DNA of 62,955 bases, the filler included, from Basidiobolus ranarum (taxonomy: Eukaryota), in assembly GCA_040143965.1 (NCBI GenBank). It is 49 parts of 49 records of this genome, joined end to end, with 100 filler letters (N's around TTAATTAATTAA, not from the genome) between each part and the next. Parts side by side here need not be neighbours in the genome. Positions count along the whole stretch, not along the records: positions 50,230 to 51,412 come from JASJQH010012977.1; positions 51,513 to 52,695 come from JASJQH010012978.1; positions 52,796 to 53,978 come from JASJQH010012979.1; positions 54,079 to 55,261 come from JASJQH010012980.1; positions 55,362 to 56,544 come from JASJQH010012981.1; positions 56,645 to 57,827 come from JASJQH010012982.1; positions 57,928 to 59,109 come from JASJQH010012983.1; positions 59,210 to 60,391 come from JASJQH010012984.1; 41 more parts are not named here. One strand, 5' to 3'. Below, one piece after another: positions 50,230-62,955 of this stretch (the stretch's first letter is position 1; each line of letters begins with the position of its first letter). The position numbers and the translations under genes are program-made. Under the pieces are notes generated by a model. It was not told where the DNA came from. It did not search any database and saw only the letters and a list, made by a program, of their open reading frames with translations.

Positions 50230-51238
50230 CCTTACCATAGTGCAGTTGGAAGTCTCATATATGTAACAAGGCCTGATGTTGCTGCAGCAGTAAGCATAGA
50301 AAGCAAATATATGGAAAATCCTGTAATGGAACATTGGATAGCTGTGAAACAGATAATACACTATCTGAAAGGAACAATACATCATGGAATTCAATTTAGT
50401 AAGCAGTACAACATGTCACTTATTTTGGAAGGATATGTTGCTGCACACTGGGCTAACAATACAGAAGACCGTAAATCCAGAACTGGATATGTGTTTAAGC
50501 TAGCAGGTGGGCCAATAAGCTGGATTAGCAAGAAACAACAAACTGTCGCATTATCAACTACAGAAGCAGAATATATGGCAAGCTCTATGGCTGTTCAAGA
50601 AGCTATATGGCTAAGGAATCTTCTCAAGGAACTAGGATATGCTTAAGTTAGTCCTATCCCAATACATCAAGATAATATTAGTTGTATTTGGATCACCAAA
50701 AATCCTGAGTATCACTCAAGGATGAAACATATTGACATAAGACATCATTTTATACTAGAGAAAGTTCAAGACAAAGAAGTGAACTTCATTTATTGTAATA
50801 CTGAAAACATGCTTGCAGATATACTAACAAAACTACTCAAAACTTCAAGCTTTGAGAAGTTAAGAGCAGGAATAGGCATTAGTGAATATAAGCACAATGC
50901 TGAATAAGAATTAAGGGAAGGTGTTGGATCATTATTCTTTATTCAACATCACAGTTAACTTTAGTTATGATACATATATCAGAAACAGAAAGCAACATAT
51001 CTATAGCCCCTATATTCAAAATAGGAGTATCTGTATATCTATATAACAAGTATGTCATATTACCCCCACTTATCTATTATAACTTATTATACAAACTCAT
51101 GAATATCTCAAACAATTGATTTACTTTTCTACTATAGAAGTCACCATATACTTTTAATAATAAAGTAACTAAAACACACTATTATAAGTTGCTTCCAATA
51201 CTCATAGTCAACCCCCATTATGTCAAGATCCTCCAACA
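50230..51238 (+). mobile_element. Copia RT-RNase H end, PPT and LTR family H (50922-51238, TGTTGGA...TCCAACA)
   Basis: TRPDV, DRKSRTGY, SKKQQTVALSTTEAEY, KHIDIRHHF, ADILTK. Confidence 0.93.
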
Positions 51239-51512
51239 AATTCATAATATCTTAGTGAATTATAAGACAACTAAGTATTAAGTTATATATGACTATATAG
51301 GTGTTGAAGTTTATTGTCTTTATCATATATGTTATCCCTATCTTTATACACCTAACTATTTCATATATCACATATTAGTTAATCAACATTATTTAGTCAA
51401 ATATCACTTAGCNNNNNNNNNNNNNNNNNNNNNNNNNNNNNNNNNNNNNNNNNNNNTTAATTAATTAANNNNNNNNNNNNNNNNNNNNNNNNNNNNNNNN
51501 NNNNNNNNNNNN

Positions 51513-52695
51513 TAACTCAACAACATCAATATGCTTTACCAGCAAACTAATGGTGGAAAAATTGCTAAACATCTGAAATTTTGAATAGCACTGACTCTTG
51601 GCAAATAGCTGACTCTTGTTACCATTCACAATGAGAATAAGCTCTTGGATTTTGGCAAATTTCCAAAAAGAATTCAGCCAATATATCCCCAACTTGCAGT
51701 CAACAAATGTCCTGCCAGAAGTAGATGTATCATTGCTGGAATAGATTACCCCATGGCTAAAACAATAATATTGCATATCTTGATCTATCTCACCAAGAAG
51801 TCTGTCTTGCAGTTTCCTAAAAGTACCATCAGATTATCACACATGCAAATTAGTCCAATTATAGAGGTACTCACTCTGTGTCCATAGATTGGGCTTTGTT
51901 GCTGTTATTGTGCTCAAACAATGTGAAAACCAATGAGCACATTGAAAAGAGCCCTTTGTTGGCAGGTTAATATACTTTGGAGGCTTGTTAACCTGTTGCA
52001 TTACATCCATCACTGATTTAGCTGATAAATTGTTGATCCAATTAGCATATGGTAATACTGACAATTTGGCACAGAGCATCATTTCACCACAGGTGTGCTC
52101 CATTGGGAACTCCCAGAATGTATAGCAAGGGCCTATAATCTCTAAGCATTGTGAAAGATGCAGCAGGGAATGTATTGAATACTGGCATAGATTCAGTCTA
52201 TCTTCTTTAAACATGTAATAAAGTTTTTCATATCCAATTACAAAATCTTTGCACAGTTGCTGCATCTGCCTGAGATCTGCCAATGTGAGTTGATGCTGTA
52301 GGAATACATTAAAAATATCCACAAACAACTCAAAATGTTGCCAATACTTATCAGGCAGAAGTCTTTTCAAAATTCCACTTGAATATATACAAATCCAATA
52401 CTTCCAGTCTTTGCATTTGAATAAATACCTAGATGAGTGGATATTGATGGGAGTTCTGGTAAAATATGATGGTATCTTGATGTTTTCAAGCATTTTCCCA
52501 ATTGATTCAAACTTTGATCCTATCTTGAATGGCTCATTCATATCGAATCTTCCACTATATAGCTTAGTAAGTAGTATTGGAATATTGTTGAATAGTAAGT
52601 GCATAGTGCCTAATGGGAAGCTCTGGCTCCAGCTGATCCCCTTTAGCAATATAATCTTAGGCTTAAGGCTAATACCAAGTTTGATGTTAGACTGA
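51513..52695 (-). pseudogene. CACTA transposase C-terminal region
   Basis: 270-aa ORF; 51513-51560 overlaps 56498-56544, linking it to the right end. Confidence 0.9.
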
Positions 52696-52795
52696 NNNNN
52701 NNNNNNNNNNNNNNNNNNNNNNNNNNNNNNNNNNNNNNNTTAATTAATTAANNNNNNNNNNNNNNNNNNNNNNNNNNNNNNNNNNNNNNNNNNNN

Positions 52796-53580
52796 TACAT
52801 CATTACAAATATCTATACCACCAGAGTCAGATATAGAGGCAAAAAGGCTTGATTTTACCATGCAACCAAGTACACCAGTTGGAAGTTTATTGAATATCTG
52901 GCACCACTCAACAAGCTGAAACACCAGCAAATAAAACTCACAACTCTCCAACCTCAAGTGATACTTTTTAAAGTGCCATAATTAGCCCCAAACTGAAAGG
53001 CATGCAAATAGCCACTCAAACACCATAATGCATACTGAGTAGTGTCACACTACTAGTATATATAAAAATAGTAAAAGTGCTTGAAGAGTATTTTCAAAAG
53101 TATGAAGAAAATGGCTTCAGAAGAACATTCAACTTAAAATTCAATCTGGTGTTGACCACGCAGATATCTAGAAAGAACTTAATACAGAGCAACAAAATAT
53201 TGCAGGGTATCCATCAGATAGCTAGCAGAATGTTGATTCAGCAATGCTAATATAATGATGGGCTTTGATGGAGATATGGATACAAACTTGTGTTGGATAT
53301 GAGCTAAATCTTGAGTATGAAGAACCCTATGAAAATATTCAGGAAAATATATCAAAGAAACTAGGGATTTCAAAGGTGACAAATTAGTGTTCAAGTGGTA
53401 AATGTGTAAAATTTGAGTTACATTTTTTGCACATGTGTTGATCCAGAGTTTTCTGAGATTGTAGCCAATCAGGTGCAACTATTTTGTAAAATCTTGAATT
53501 TTCACTCCTGAAACTGAAAAAATTGATTAAAATCAAATCTAACTTGACAATTTTATGATGGTAAGTAAATGGTAACCCTA
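52796..53580. mobile_element. CACTA left arm (reverse orientation)
   Basis: Reverse match to 37620-38277. Confidence 0.75.
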
Positions 53581-54078
53581 ATCTCAAGCTTCTTGTTTGA
53601 CCTTCTTGTAGAAACTCTTTGGTTTTCCACTTGTGATTCCAACAAGAAATATATTTGTTGAGGATATAAATACAGCATGGCCTAGTACAGCTGGACATCT
53701 GTCTGTAGATTGGAAATATCCTGAGCTAGAATATAAAAGACTTGCCTACATAAGAGTTGATAAAACATGTAGTGTCAGTAATACAACAAAACTTCTTCAA
53801 TTTTTGTGGAAGCTATGATTAATTATTTGATTTTTTATATATATAAGAAGCCCCAATGGGCTTGGCATCACCTAGAGGTAGTGCAATACTAGGGACACCT
53901 GTGGGCAGACAAGTGTGCAAGCAGGGACTTGTCACCCGTTGTTCAAAAATAAGTTTAATATCGAACTGGACTATGTCCNNNNNNNNNNNNNNNNNNNNNN
54001 NNNNNNNNNNNNNNNNNNNNNNTTAATTAATTAANNNNNNNNNNNNNNNNNNNNNNNNNNNNNNNNNNNNNNNNNNNN

Positions 54079-55261
54079 TGCAGATATCTGGGAAGAACTT
54101 AATACAGAGTGGCACAATATTGCAGGGTATCTGCCAGATAGCTGGAAGAATGTTGATTCAGCAACATTAATACAATGGTGGGCTTTGATAGAGATATTGA
54201 CACAAACTTGTGTTGGGTATGAGCTAAACCTTGGGTATGAAGTACTCTATAAAAATATTCAGGAGAATATATCAAAGAGACTAGGGATTTCCAAGGTGAC
54301 AAATTAGCGTTCAAGTGGTAATTGTGTAAAACTTGAGTTATGTTTTTTGCACATGTGTTGATCCATAGTTCTCTGAGATTTTAGCCAATCATTTGCAACT
54401 ATTTTGCGAGATCTTGATATTTCACTCCTGAAAATGAAAAAATTGATTAAATCAAATCTATCTTGATGATTTTATGATGGTAAGTAAATGGTCAACCCCA
54501 AATGGATTAAAATTGTGACGGTTTTCCTATGATAACAATCCTCAAATTTTGGTTAGGGAGTTGTAAAAGAAGAAAAACATACTGAATCTGGAAATGTAGT
54601 TACAACAGAAGATCACTTGTTCATTTCTACTCTATCTGTGGCTACCAACAAACATTCTCAGATGTGGTATATTGATTCTGGAGCATTGCAACATTTCACA
54701 AATGAAAAACATTGGTTTGTGGAATATGAAGAAATCCCAATTAGAAAGTTTTTCATAGGAGATGACCACACATTGGATGCCATTAGAATGGGAACAATTC
54801 AAGTCATTTTAACTGGAGCTTCTAAAGAGAAAGTATATACTTTTAAGGATGTACTACATGTGTCACAATAAGGAACTGGACAAGGACTGGAAACAATGAC
54901 AAGAGGCTAGAAGACAGGAGAGTACTTGGGTGTAGACCACAAGACAAGACAAGACAGGACAGGGAAGATACTTTGGCAAGAATCTTTATTGATAACTGGC
55001 ATTGATCTGACTGAGGTCTGATCAAAGAATACATGGGGCTTATATAGAAATTGCAAGGTAAAGCATAATGTACTGAATAGGGAATATACTGTGGCAAGTT
55101 TGAGAGTTGGGGTGTTAGGGACTACAAGGACCAATACAAAGTGGGATGAAGTAAGGATGATGTAAGGCTGATGTAAGGATGATCAGGTGACCTTCCATGG
55201 AAAGTTTTGGTGGAAATACACTATGTGTGTGATAACATGATTGGCTATGTTTCATGTATCG
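54079..55261. mobile_element. CACTA left end (to 54558), Copia B protease (54559-54860), Gypsy LTR F (-, from 54861)
   Basis: Repeat matches; WYIDSGA. Confidence 0.85.
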
Positions 55262-55361
55262 NNNNNNNNNNNNNNNNNNNNNNNNNNNNNNNNNNNNNNN
55301 NNNNNTTAATTAATTAANNNNNNNNNNNNNNNNNNNNNNNNNNNNNNNNNNNNNNNNNNNN

Positions 55362-56103
55362 GGTCTAAATTTGATCCAAAAAGTAAGAAATGCATATTTC
55401 TGGGTTATTGTACTCAAACTAAGGCCTACAGCCTCTATGATACAAAAGCTTCTAAGTTAATCAAGTCCAAGGATGTTTTTTTTGATGAAAATGAAAAATT
55501 TTCACCCAGAATGACCTCAGATGATGATGTAAATCAATTTTCTCCTGATCCAATCATTCAAATTGATTCAAACCAAAACAATGAAGAAAATAGCATTCCT
55601 GTGGACCTTTCAACCAAATTTTGCTTACTGAAGTGCCCAATACAATGCCAGAAGTTTTAGTACCTTTATCCCAAACCAGGAGATCAAATTGGATCAGAAA
55701 TAGCCCTGAATGCTATAACACTTAGTCTCAAAATTGGGCCTACGCCTGCACAGCTCAAATACATGATCCCCAGACTGTAAAAGAGGCTCTGAATGACCCT
55801 AATACAAAATCTTGGATATCTGCAATGGCTGCTGAGTACCAGGCTTTGATTAATAATCAAACTTGGATTTTAACCAACTTGCCTGATGATAGAAAATCAG
55901 TTGTCTGCCAATGAGTGTTTAAAGTTAAATACAACATTGATGGCAATATAGAAAGGTACAAGGCTAGACTAGTAGCCAAGGGATATTCCCAAGCACCAGG
56001 AATAGATTATCCAGAAACTTTTGCACCTGTAGCAAAGTTTAATTTAATCAGATTGATTTTAGCTACTTCAGCTGAATATCAGTTTATTATACATCAATTA
56101 GAT
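55362..56103 (+). pseudogene. Copia integrase end and RT start
   Basis: [40 protein letters not shown]. Confidence 0.92.
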
Positions 56104-56544
56104 CCCTAACAAAAATGAAATTGATTTGATCCGGATTGGATCCACCCTCTGAAATAGCAAAACTGTCAGAGAACCATCACAATATTGTTGGCTTGCATTC
56201 TGCCAGGGATTTTGATGGTGTGACGGCGGTATCTTGACAGTATCTTAGCGGTATTCATACATGTTTAAATATTCATTCTCAAATTTGGCATGCGTTATTC
56301 AATATCCGGCAATTTTTGCAAAAATATAATTTTCAAATGGCAAATTACTGGGTTTACTGCTCTAGGAATTTGAATAAATATGCATGCCTTCATTTAGATA
56401 TTTTAGGCTTTGTATTCCAGCCATAATGAGAAGCAAAAAATACAAGAATCTTGTTGTATTTAGTCTCTACATATGCACATATTTGACTGATTAGACATAA
56501 CTCAACAACATCAATATGCTTTACCAGCAAACTAATGGTGGAAA
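56104..56544. mobile_element. CACTA right end (CCCTAACAAAAAT...)
   Basis: Interrupts Copia RT; overlaps the transposase 3' contig. Confidence 0.85.
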
Positions 56545-56644
56545 NNNNNNNNNNNNNNNNNNNNNNNNNNNNNNNNNNNNNNNNNNNNTTAATTAATTAA
56601 NNNNNNNNNNNNNNNNNNNNNNNNNNNNNNNNNNNNNNNNNNNN

Positions 56645-57827
56645 ATTTTTATCAGGTTATGAGCCCCAAGCTAGCTGTTAGAGGAATGTCTGCCAGTACT
56701 AATACCAACACTTTTGCATCCACAGAGAAGTTTGATGGTGAAGACTTTCCCCTCTGGAAGTGCAAGATACAAATGGTGCTAGAAGACAAGAACCTTTGGG
56801 GACTTGTTACAGGAGAAGAAATAGAGCCAAAGGGACCACCAGAAGGTATCCTTGCCTTTCACAAGAAGCAGAGGAAAGCACTCTCTACACCTTGTCTACT
56901 TCTCAGAGATTCTCAATTGAGGCACATAAAATCAGCCAAAGGAATCCAAAATGCTTGGGAAACACTTGAGAGACTATATGAGACTAAAGTCTGGCTAATA
57001 GACTGCATCTTAGGTAAAAATTACTCTCAATTCAGATGAGTCCTGATGAATCTATGCTTAATCATATAAATTGGATAAAAACTATGGCAGTTCAGCTCTC
57101 ATTCATTGGAGCACCTCCAAATGGGGATGACTTAGTCCTGACACTACTTGGAATCCTGCCAGACAAGTGTGGGAACCTCATAATTGCCCTAGAATCACAA
57201 TCAGAGCCATTAACAATGAAATATGTTGGTGCTATACTTTTAAATGAAGGATTAAGGAGATCTAATTCCCAGCAAAATAATGCAGTACAGGGATCTTTTG
57301 GAGATGTAAAATGTCCAACAGGCTTCAATAATGGTGCCTCTAATAGTAAATTGATCATCTGCAAGTACTGCAAGAAACCAGGCTATTGAATCAAAGATTG
57401 CAGAAAAAGATTTTTGCCAAAAAGCTAAAATTGGAACAAGTAAAACAAGTAAGCACTTACAAAGATCTTCTATTTGTGTCTGCCCTATCAGTAATCACTA
57501 AAGAAGACACAGAAATATGGTACATTGATTTGGAAGTTTCCCAGCATATGTCAAACAGGAAAAATTGGTTTTCAAGCTTAAAACCAATCCACACAAGGAA
57601 AGTCTACTTGCATGATGACTATGCACTAGATGTAGTTGGTAAGGGCACAGTTGTACTCAATTTAGACCAAAATTCAGCTACACCATCTGCAAAATTAGAT
57701 GATATACTATATGTACTAAATAAAGCCAAGAATTTACTCTCTGTAAGCCAAGCAATAACTCAAGGACTATATTTTGTGTTCAGTAAGGCTGCATGCTCTA
57801 CCACAGATCAAAATCATACCAAATGAG
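56645..57827 (+). mobile_element. Copia family E PBS, gag and protease (frameshifted)
   Basis: TATCA|GGTTATGAGCCC; CKYCKKPG; WYID. Confidence 0.9.
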
Positions 57828-57927
57828 NNNNNNNNNNNNNNNNNNNNNNNNNNNNNNNNNNNNNNNNNNNNTTAATTAATTAANNNNNNNNNNNNNNNNN
57901 NNNNNNNNNNNNNNNNNNNNNNNNNNN

Positions 57928-58485
57928 CTTTACACCTCTGTTGATTACTCTTGCCATAGTATCCTGAAATGTTGTTTTGAACTCTGCAACCTCCATCAAC
58001 AGTTGCTGCAAAGTCTCATTGAGCAGTGGTAGATATCTATTTAGAACATCTTTTGTCTCTAAAGTTGAGGCTGCAACAGTTGCTTCCGGTCCATACAGGC
58101 AAAAACGCAATTGGAATTGTGTCTTTGCGGACTTGAAATTGAAATTCCTATTTCTCAATTCACACTTTCTATCCTCATGAGTCTTATTGTATATTTTCTT
58201 GCAGACTTCTGAAGGCATGAAGATATAGTATTCTCTCCAAAGCAGAGTTGAAAGTTGCTTCCACTTTTGTCTAATGCCCCCTTCCCCAGCTTCTGTCAAG
58301 TTTATCAATAACTCCCATATATCCAAGCAAGAATTCATAGTGGATACCTGGGCATCTGTAAAATCATTAGGCGCGCGCTGCTTTGCGCCACCCACACCTT
58401 CATTCGACTGCGCGCGCGAAATTTTGGAAGTGGTGGTTTCCTGTACCAAAGTAGGTTGTGAATCAGGAAGAATCTGCTTTGACAT
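57928..58485 (-). CDS. Myb/SANT-like (trihelix-like) transposon accessory protein, partial
   Basis: RAPNDFTDAQV...KWKQLSTLLWREYYIFMPSEVCKKIY; degenerate second copy at 34150-34601. Confidence 0.5.
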
Positions 58486-58849
58486 GATACGTAACTACCA
58501 TATATATCTATGATGTTAGACTTTATTGGTTTCAATCAGAATTAGGGATCTTTTTATATTATTGGTTAAAATGTCAAAGTTAATTTCCTATAGTGTGATC
58601 AAGCATAATGCATTCCGCTTTGAGCCGTTTCAATATATGCGCTAAATAAATTGATTCGGATCAAACTATGATTAACTTTGCTGATGCAGTTTATTATATA
58701 ATTTCCATGCAATTACACATAATTGAAATAATTAGGATAATAAATGCAAACAGAAATTTTATTATACAGAATGTAGGGAATTTTACCATGATAATTGAAA
58801 TTCTTAGATAAATAACTTGTGCATGCCAGATCAATACAAGATTAATATC

Positions 58850-59109
58850 ATGCTCTCCATCTACTCTAAATGGTCAGTCCTCATTACTCCAAAAGCAACT
58901 ACTGGCTTTCCTATCACCACCCTAGAGACTATATTTGAGAAATACTGTGGCTCATATACTCCAATACCTACCAGAAGGCAGCTAGTCAATTTGTTTTATT
59001 ACTACAAAAACTATTGTCCAATCAGATTACAGTGCACTATTAATGGTAGCAAAAGTGGGAGAAGCTTCCATACCAGGCTTCAAGTAAGTGAGAATTATCT
59101 AGCTTCAGT
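58850..59109 (+). CDS. Probable N-terminal HTH region of a Harbinger/IS5-type transposase, partial
   Basis: TTGFPITTLETIFEKY...RRQLVNLFYYYKNY..IR; divergent from the Myb-like ORF. Confidence 0.45.
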
Positions 59110-59573
59110 NNNNNNNNNNNNNNNNNNNNNNNNNNNNNNNNNNNNNNNNNNNNTTAATTAATTAANNNNNNNNNNNNNNNNNNNNNNNNNNNNNNNNNNN
59201 NNNNNNNNNTTTATTGGACCTTGGATCAATATATTAGAGTAAATGTGATTGAAATTGGTCATGCCAGAGGGTGATGGATAGTGCCAAATTGTGCCGCATA
59301 AATTTTAGAATACTTTATCCGATATAATATATACAGCACAATCTGGCACTATCACAGAAAACAAGTCCAGTATATATAAGTCCAATACTTCCAGTCTTTT
59401 CATCTTAATAAAGACCTAGCTGAGTGGATGCTTATTGGAGACCTTGTAAATTATGTTGTATCCTGAAGTTTTAATCATCTTACCAACTAACTCAAGCTTT
59501 GTTGCTATCTCACATGCTTTGTATAAATTGAACTTTCCCTGTAGAACTGAGTCAGTTATATTGGAGTTGATTT

Positions 59574-59889
59574 TGTTGGAGAATCTTGACATAATGGGTG
59601 TAGACTTTGGGTATCAAAGCAAGTTATGATTGTATGTTTAAGTTACTTTATTATTAAGAGTATATGGTGACTTATATAGTAAAAAAGTAAATCAATTGAT
59701 TGAGATATTCAGGAGTTTGTGTAATAAGATATAATAGATCAGTGGGGGTAATAAGACATACTTTTTATATACTTATAGAGATAATCCTATTTAGAATATG
59801 AGGGCTATAGATATATAGCTTTCTATTTCTGATATATGTATCACAACTAAAGTTAACCACATTGTTGAATAAAGATTAAATATCCAACA
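59574..59889 (-). mobile_element. Solo LTR family H with 5-bp target-site duplication GATTT
   Basis: GATTT at 59569-59573 and 59890-59894; matches 50922-51238. Confidence 0.9.
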
Positions 59890-59944
59890 GATTTAGGTCC
59901 AGATATGACTGATAATATCACAATGTTATCACTCTTGTACCATT

Positions 59945-60391
59945 TATTGAAGTTTATTGTCTTTATCATATTTGTTATCTCTATCTTTTTACACCTAACT
60001 ATTTCATGTATCACAGATAAGCTAGTTAAGATTACTTAACCAAATATCACTTAGCTGAAAATCGGAACATATATTATATATATATGTGAATGATATGAGA
60101 ATTAGCAATTCCATATTGGAAATTTTAAACTTATCCAAATTGTCCCAAAAATAGCTAATTTTACTCCCACAGATGTTCTGAACACAGCCCCAGTGTTAGT
60201 TTTCTGTATTTCCATCAAAATGCTTAAATGCTTTATTTCTGGACAATAAATAATTATCTCACAAATCTATTCACCACTCAACTTTTCTAAAGTTCCTCCA
60301 AACAGCCCATATTTTCCCAATAGGTTATGAGCCCCATGTGCTAACCTTTACAGCATGACAGAAACCACTACTACCACTTTTATTAACTCAA
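59945..60391 (+). mobile_element. LTR family A (TATTG...CAATA, 59945-60322), PBS and gag start
   Basis: Matches 8531-8940 and 39150-39220. Confidence 0.9.
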
Positions 60392-60491
60392 NNNNNNNNN
60401 NNNNNNNNNNNNNNNNNNNNNNNNNNNNNNNNNNNTTAATTAATTAANNNNNNNNNNNNNNNNNNNNNNNNNNNNNNNNNNNNNNNNNNNN

Positions 60492-61673
60492 TATTCCATA
60501 TAGTGCCAAACAAAATGGAGCTGCAGAAAGGATGAAAAGGACTTTGCTAGAGAAAGCATGTACAATGCTGATTGATTCAGATCTGCCTAAGACCTATTGG
60601 GGTGAGGCTATTTTAACAGCTACATATCTCCAAAATAGAAGTCCAACATGTAGCAACCATGACTCTAAAACTCCTATTGAAATCTGGACTGGAAACAAGC
60701 CTAATCTGAATCATCTCAGAATTTTTGGATCAATAGTCTATGCTCACATTCCTTAACCTCAGCATAGGAGATTGGACAAAAAGGCAAGTAAATATATCCA
60801 ATTAGGATATCAGAACAAAGGCTATCATCTCCTAATTGCTGGCACAAATCAAATCATCAACTCCAGAAATACTATATTACTTGAAGAATATCTCAAATCT
60901 TCTAATCAAGGGAATTTGATTTTGGCTGAAAATCAATTTCTGAATAACTCAAAATCTGAGTTAACAAGTTCTGAAACCAGTCTTGCGCTAATGAGTACTG
61001 AAACCAACTTGGAAAATGATACATTGGAAATAGATACTGGAGTTAGGCCAAATTTGGAATCTGAAACTATCTATCAACATTATCCAAATTTAGAAAATGT
61101 CACATCTGGGACAAGGTCTAAAACATCATCCACCAATGAATATATGACAAAGCTCAAATCATTACCAATCCCTGTGGTGAATATTCCTAGCAGAAAACCA
61201 ACAAGCAATAATCCTGTCTCAAACTTCACTACAAGTACTGAAACCAAGGAGAACAAACTATTATATGATATTCTGGAATCAAGCAGCTATACAAGTAGTG
61301 AAACATTAGGCAACACTGGAAATGCACCAATTTATACCAGAAAACCTGATAATTACTCTGAGGATACTGATAATTTGGAACCAGCTTCTGGAAATCAGCA
61401 TATTATCTCTGCCAATGAAAAATATGGTAATCAGAAAAAGGATATTTTTCCAGCCAATCAGGAATCAGGAAATTGGGCTCAGAAACAAGGCAATAATTTT
61501 CTGACCAATCACATACCTAAGAAATATCCTACTCTCAATCTGGCTGATATTGGATGCAATCAATTATTGGAAGTATGCAATCAATCACAACAAGTATTCA
61601 ATCAATCACAAAATTCAGGCAATCAGGTCTCAGAAATCCTACCAAGTGGAAATCAGAAACATCCTGTAAGTGA
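60492..61673 (+). pseudogene. Copia integrase C-terminus and long low-complexity linker
   Basis: QNGAAERMKRTL, WGEAILTATYLQNRSP, HLRIFGS. Confidence 0.9.
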
Positions 61674-61773
61674 NNNNNNNNNNNNNNNNNNNNNNNNNNN
61701 NNNNNNNNNNNNNNNNNTTAATTAATTAANNNNNNNNNNNNNNNNNNNNNNNNNNNNNNNNNNNNNNNNNNNN

Positions 61774-62944
61774 CCCATGGCTAAAACAATAATACTGCGT
61801 ATCTCCATCTATCTCACCAAGAAGTCTGTCTTGCAGCTTTCCTAAAAATACCGTCAGATTATCACACAAGCAAATTAGTCCAATGATAAAGGTACTTACT
61901 CTGTGTCCATGGATTGGGCTTTGTTGCTGCTATTGTTCTCAAACAATGCAAAGTCCTGTGAGCACTTTGAAAAGAGCCCTTTGTTGGCAGGTTAATATAC
62001 TCTGGAGTCTCCTTAACCCATTGCATTACATCCATCACTGATTTAGCTGACACATTGTTAATCAGATTAGCATATGGTAATACTGACAATTTTGCATGGA
62101 GCTTATCTCAACCTATCTCACCAAGAAGTTTGTCTTGCAGCTTTCCTAGAAATGCTGTCAGATTATTACACCAACAAATTATTCCAAATCATAGAGGTAC
62201 TTCCTCTGTGTGCATGGATTGGGCTTTATTGCTGTTATTGTGCTCAAACAAAGCAAAAATCCATAGGCACATTGAAAAGAGCTCTTTGTTGGGAGGTTAA
62301 TATCCTTTAGAGTCTCCTTAACCCAATACATTACATCCATCACTGATGTTGCCAATATATTGTTAATCAGTTTAGCATACAGTATTACTGACAATTTCAT
62401 ACAGAGCATCATTTCACCACAGGCGCATTCCATTGGGAACTCCTGGAATATATAATATAGGCCAATAATCTCTAAGCATTGTGAAAGAAGAAGCAGAGAA
62501 TGTATTGATTGATGGCACAGATTCAGTCTCCCTTCTTTGAACCTGGAATAATGTTTTTCATATCCAATTACAAAATCTTTGCATAGCTGCTGCATCTGCC
62601 TGAGATAAGCCAATGTGAGTTGATGCCATAAGAATATATTAACAATATCTACAAACAACTCCCAATGTTGCCAATACTTATCAGGCAGAAATCTTTTTAG
62701 GATTCCGCTCAAATATATACAAATCCAATAGTTCCAGTCTTTGCATTTGAATAAATGCCTAGATGAGTGGATATTGATGGGAGTCCTGGTAAAATATGAT
62801 GGTATCTTGATGTTTTCAAGCATTTTTCCAATCAATTTAAAATTTGATCCTATCTCAAGTAGCTCATTCATATTGAATTTTCCACTATATAGCCAAGTAA
62901 GTAGTGTTGGAATGTTGCTGAATAGTAAGTGTATGGTGCCTAAT
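61774..62944 (-). pseudogene. CACTA transposase 3' region, partially duplicated in tandem
   Basis: 61810-62095 and 62110-62400 are paralogous; homologous to 51750-52615. Confidence 0.88.
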
Positions 62945-62955
62945 CCGTAACAAAA

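Noticed and set aside
1237-61729. Regularly spaced TTAATTAATTAA repeats as a CRISPR-like or biological array
   Set aside because: Always embedded in 44+44 N; synthetic six-frame stop linker.

Overview
This is not a contiguous locus. It is an artificial concatenation of 49 short contigs (1192 down to 1182 bp, sorted by decreasing length), each joined by a 100-bp linker (44 N + TTAATTAATTAA + 44 N), so no neighbourhood can be inferred across linkers. The DNA is AT-rich, eukaryotic (spliceosomal introns) and most likely from an early-diverging fungus; a Basidiobolus/Mucoromycota-like origin is my inference only. Most contigs are nested, CpG-depleted transposon debris: several Ty1/Copia families with a GGTTATGAGCCC primer-binding site, Ty3/Gypsy elements with chromodomains, a two-gene CACTA/CMC element with CCCTAACA ends, a PIF/Harbinger-like element with TAGACTTGTTCCAT ends, and a LINE fragment. 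A minority carry host gene fragments: KA1-domain kinase, NRPS E-C module, UNC-93-like MFS, CAP protein, two SLAC1/TDT genes, Prx5, RPL23, a PDH E2/E3BP-like protein and a BBE oxidase. Two signals absent from the ORF track stand out: a miniature LTR element whose LTR contains a tRNA-like Pol III cassette, spliced into a Copia 5' end (26590-26934), and a Fanzor/TnpB-like RuvC C-terminal remnant followed by a candidate right end (5723-6027).
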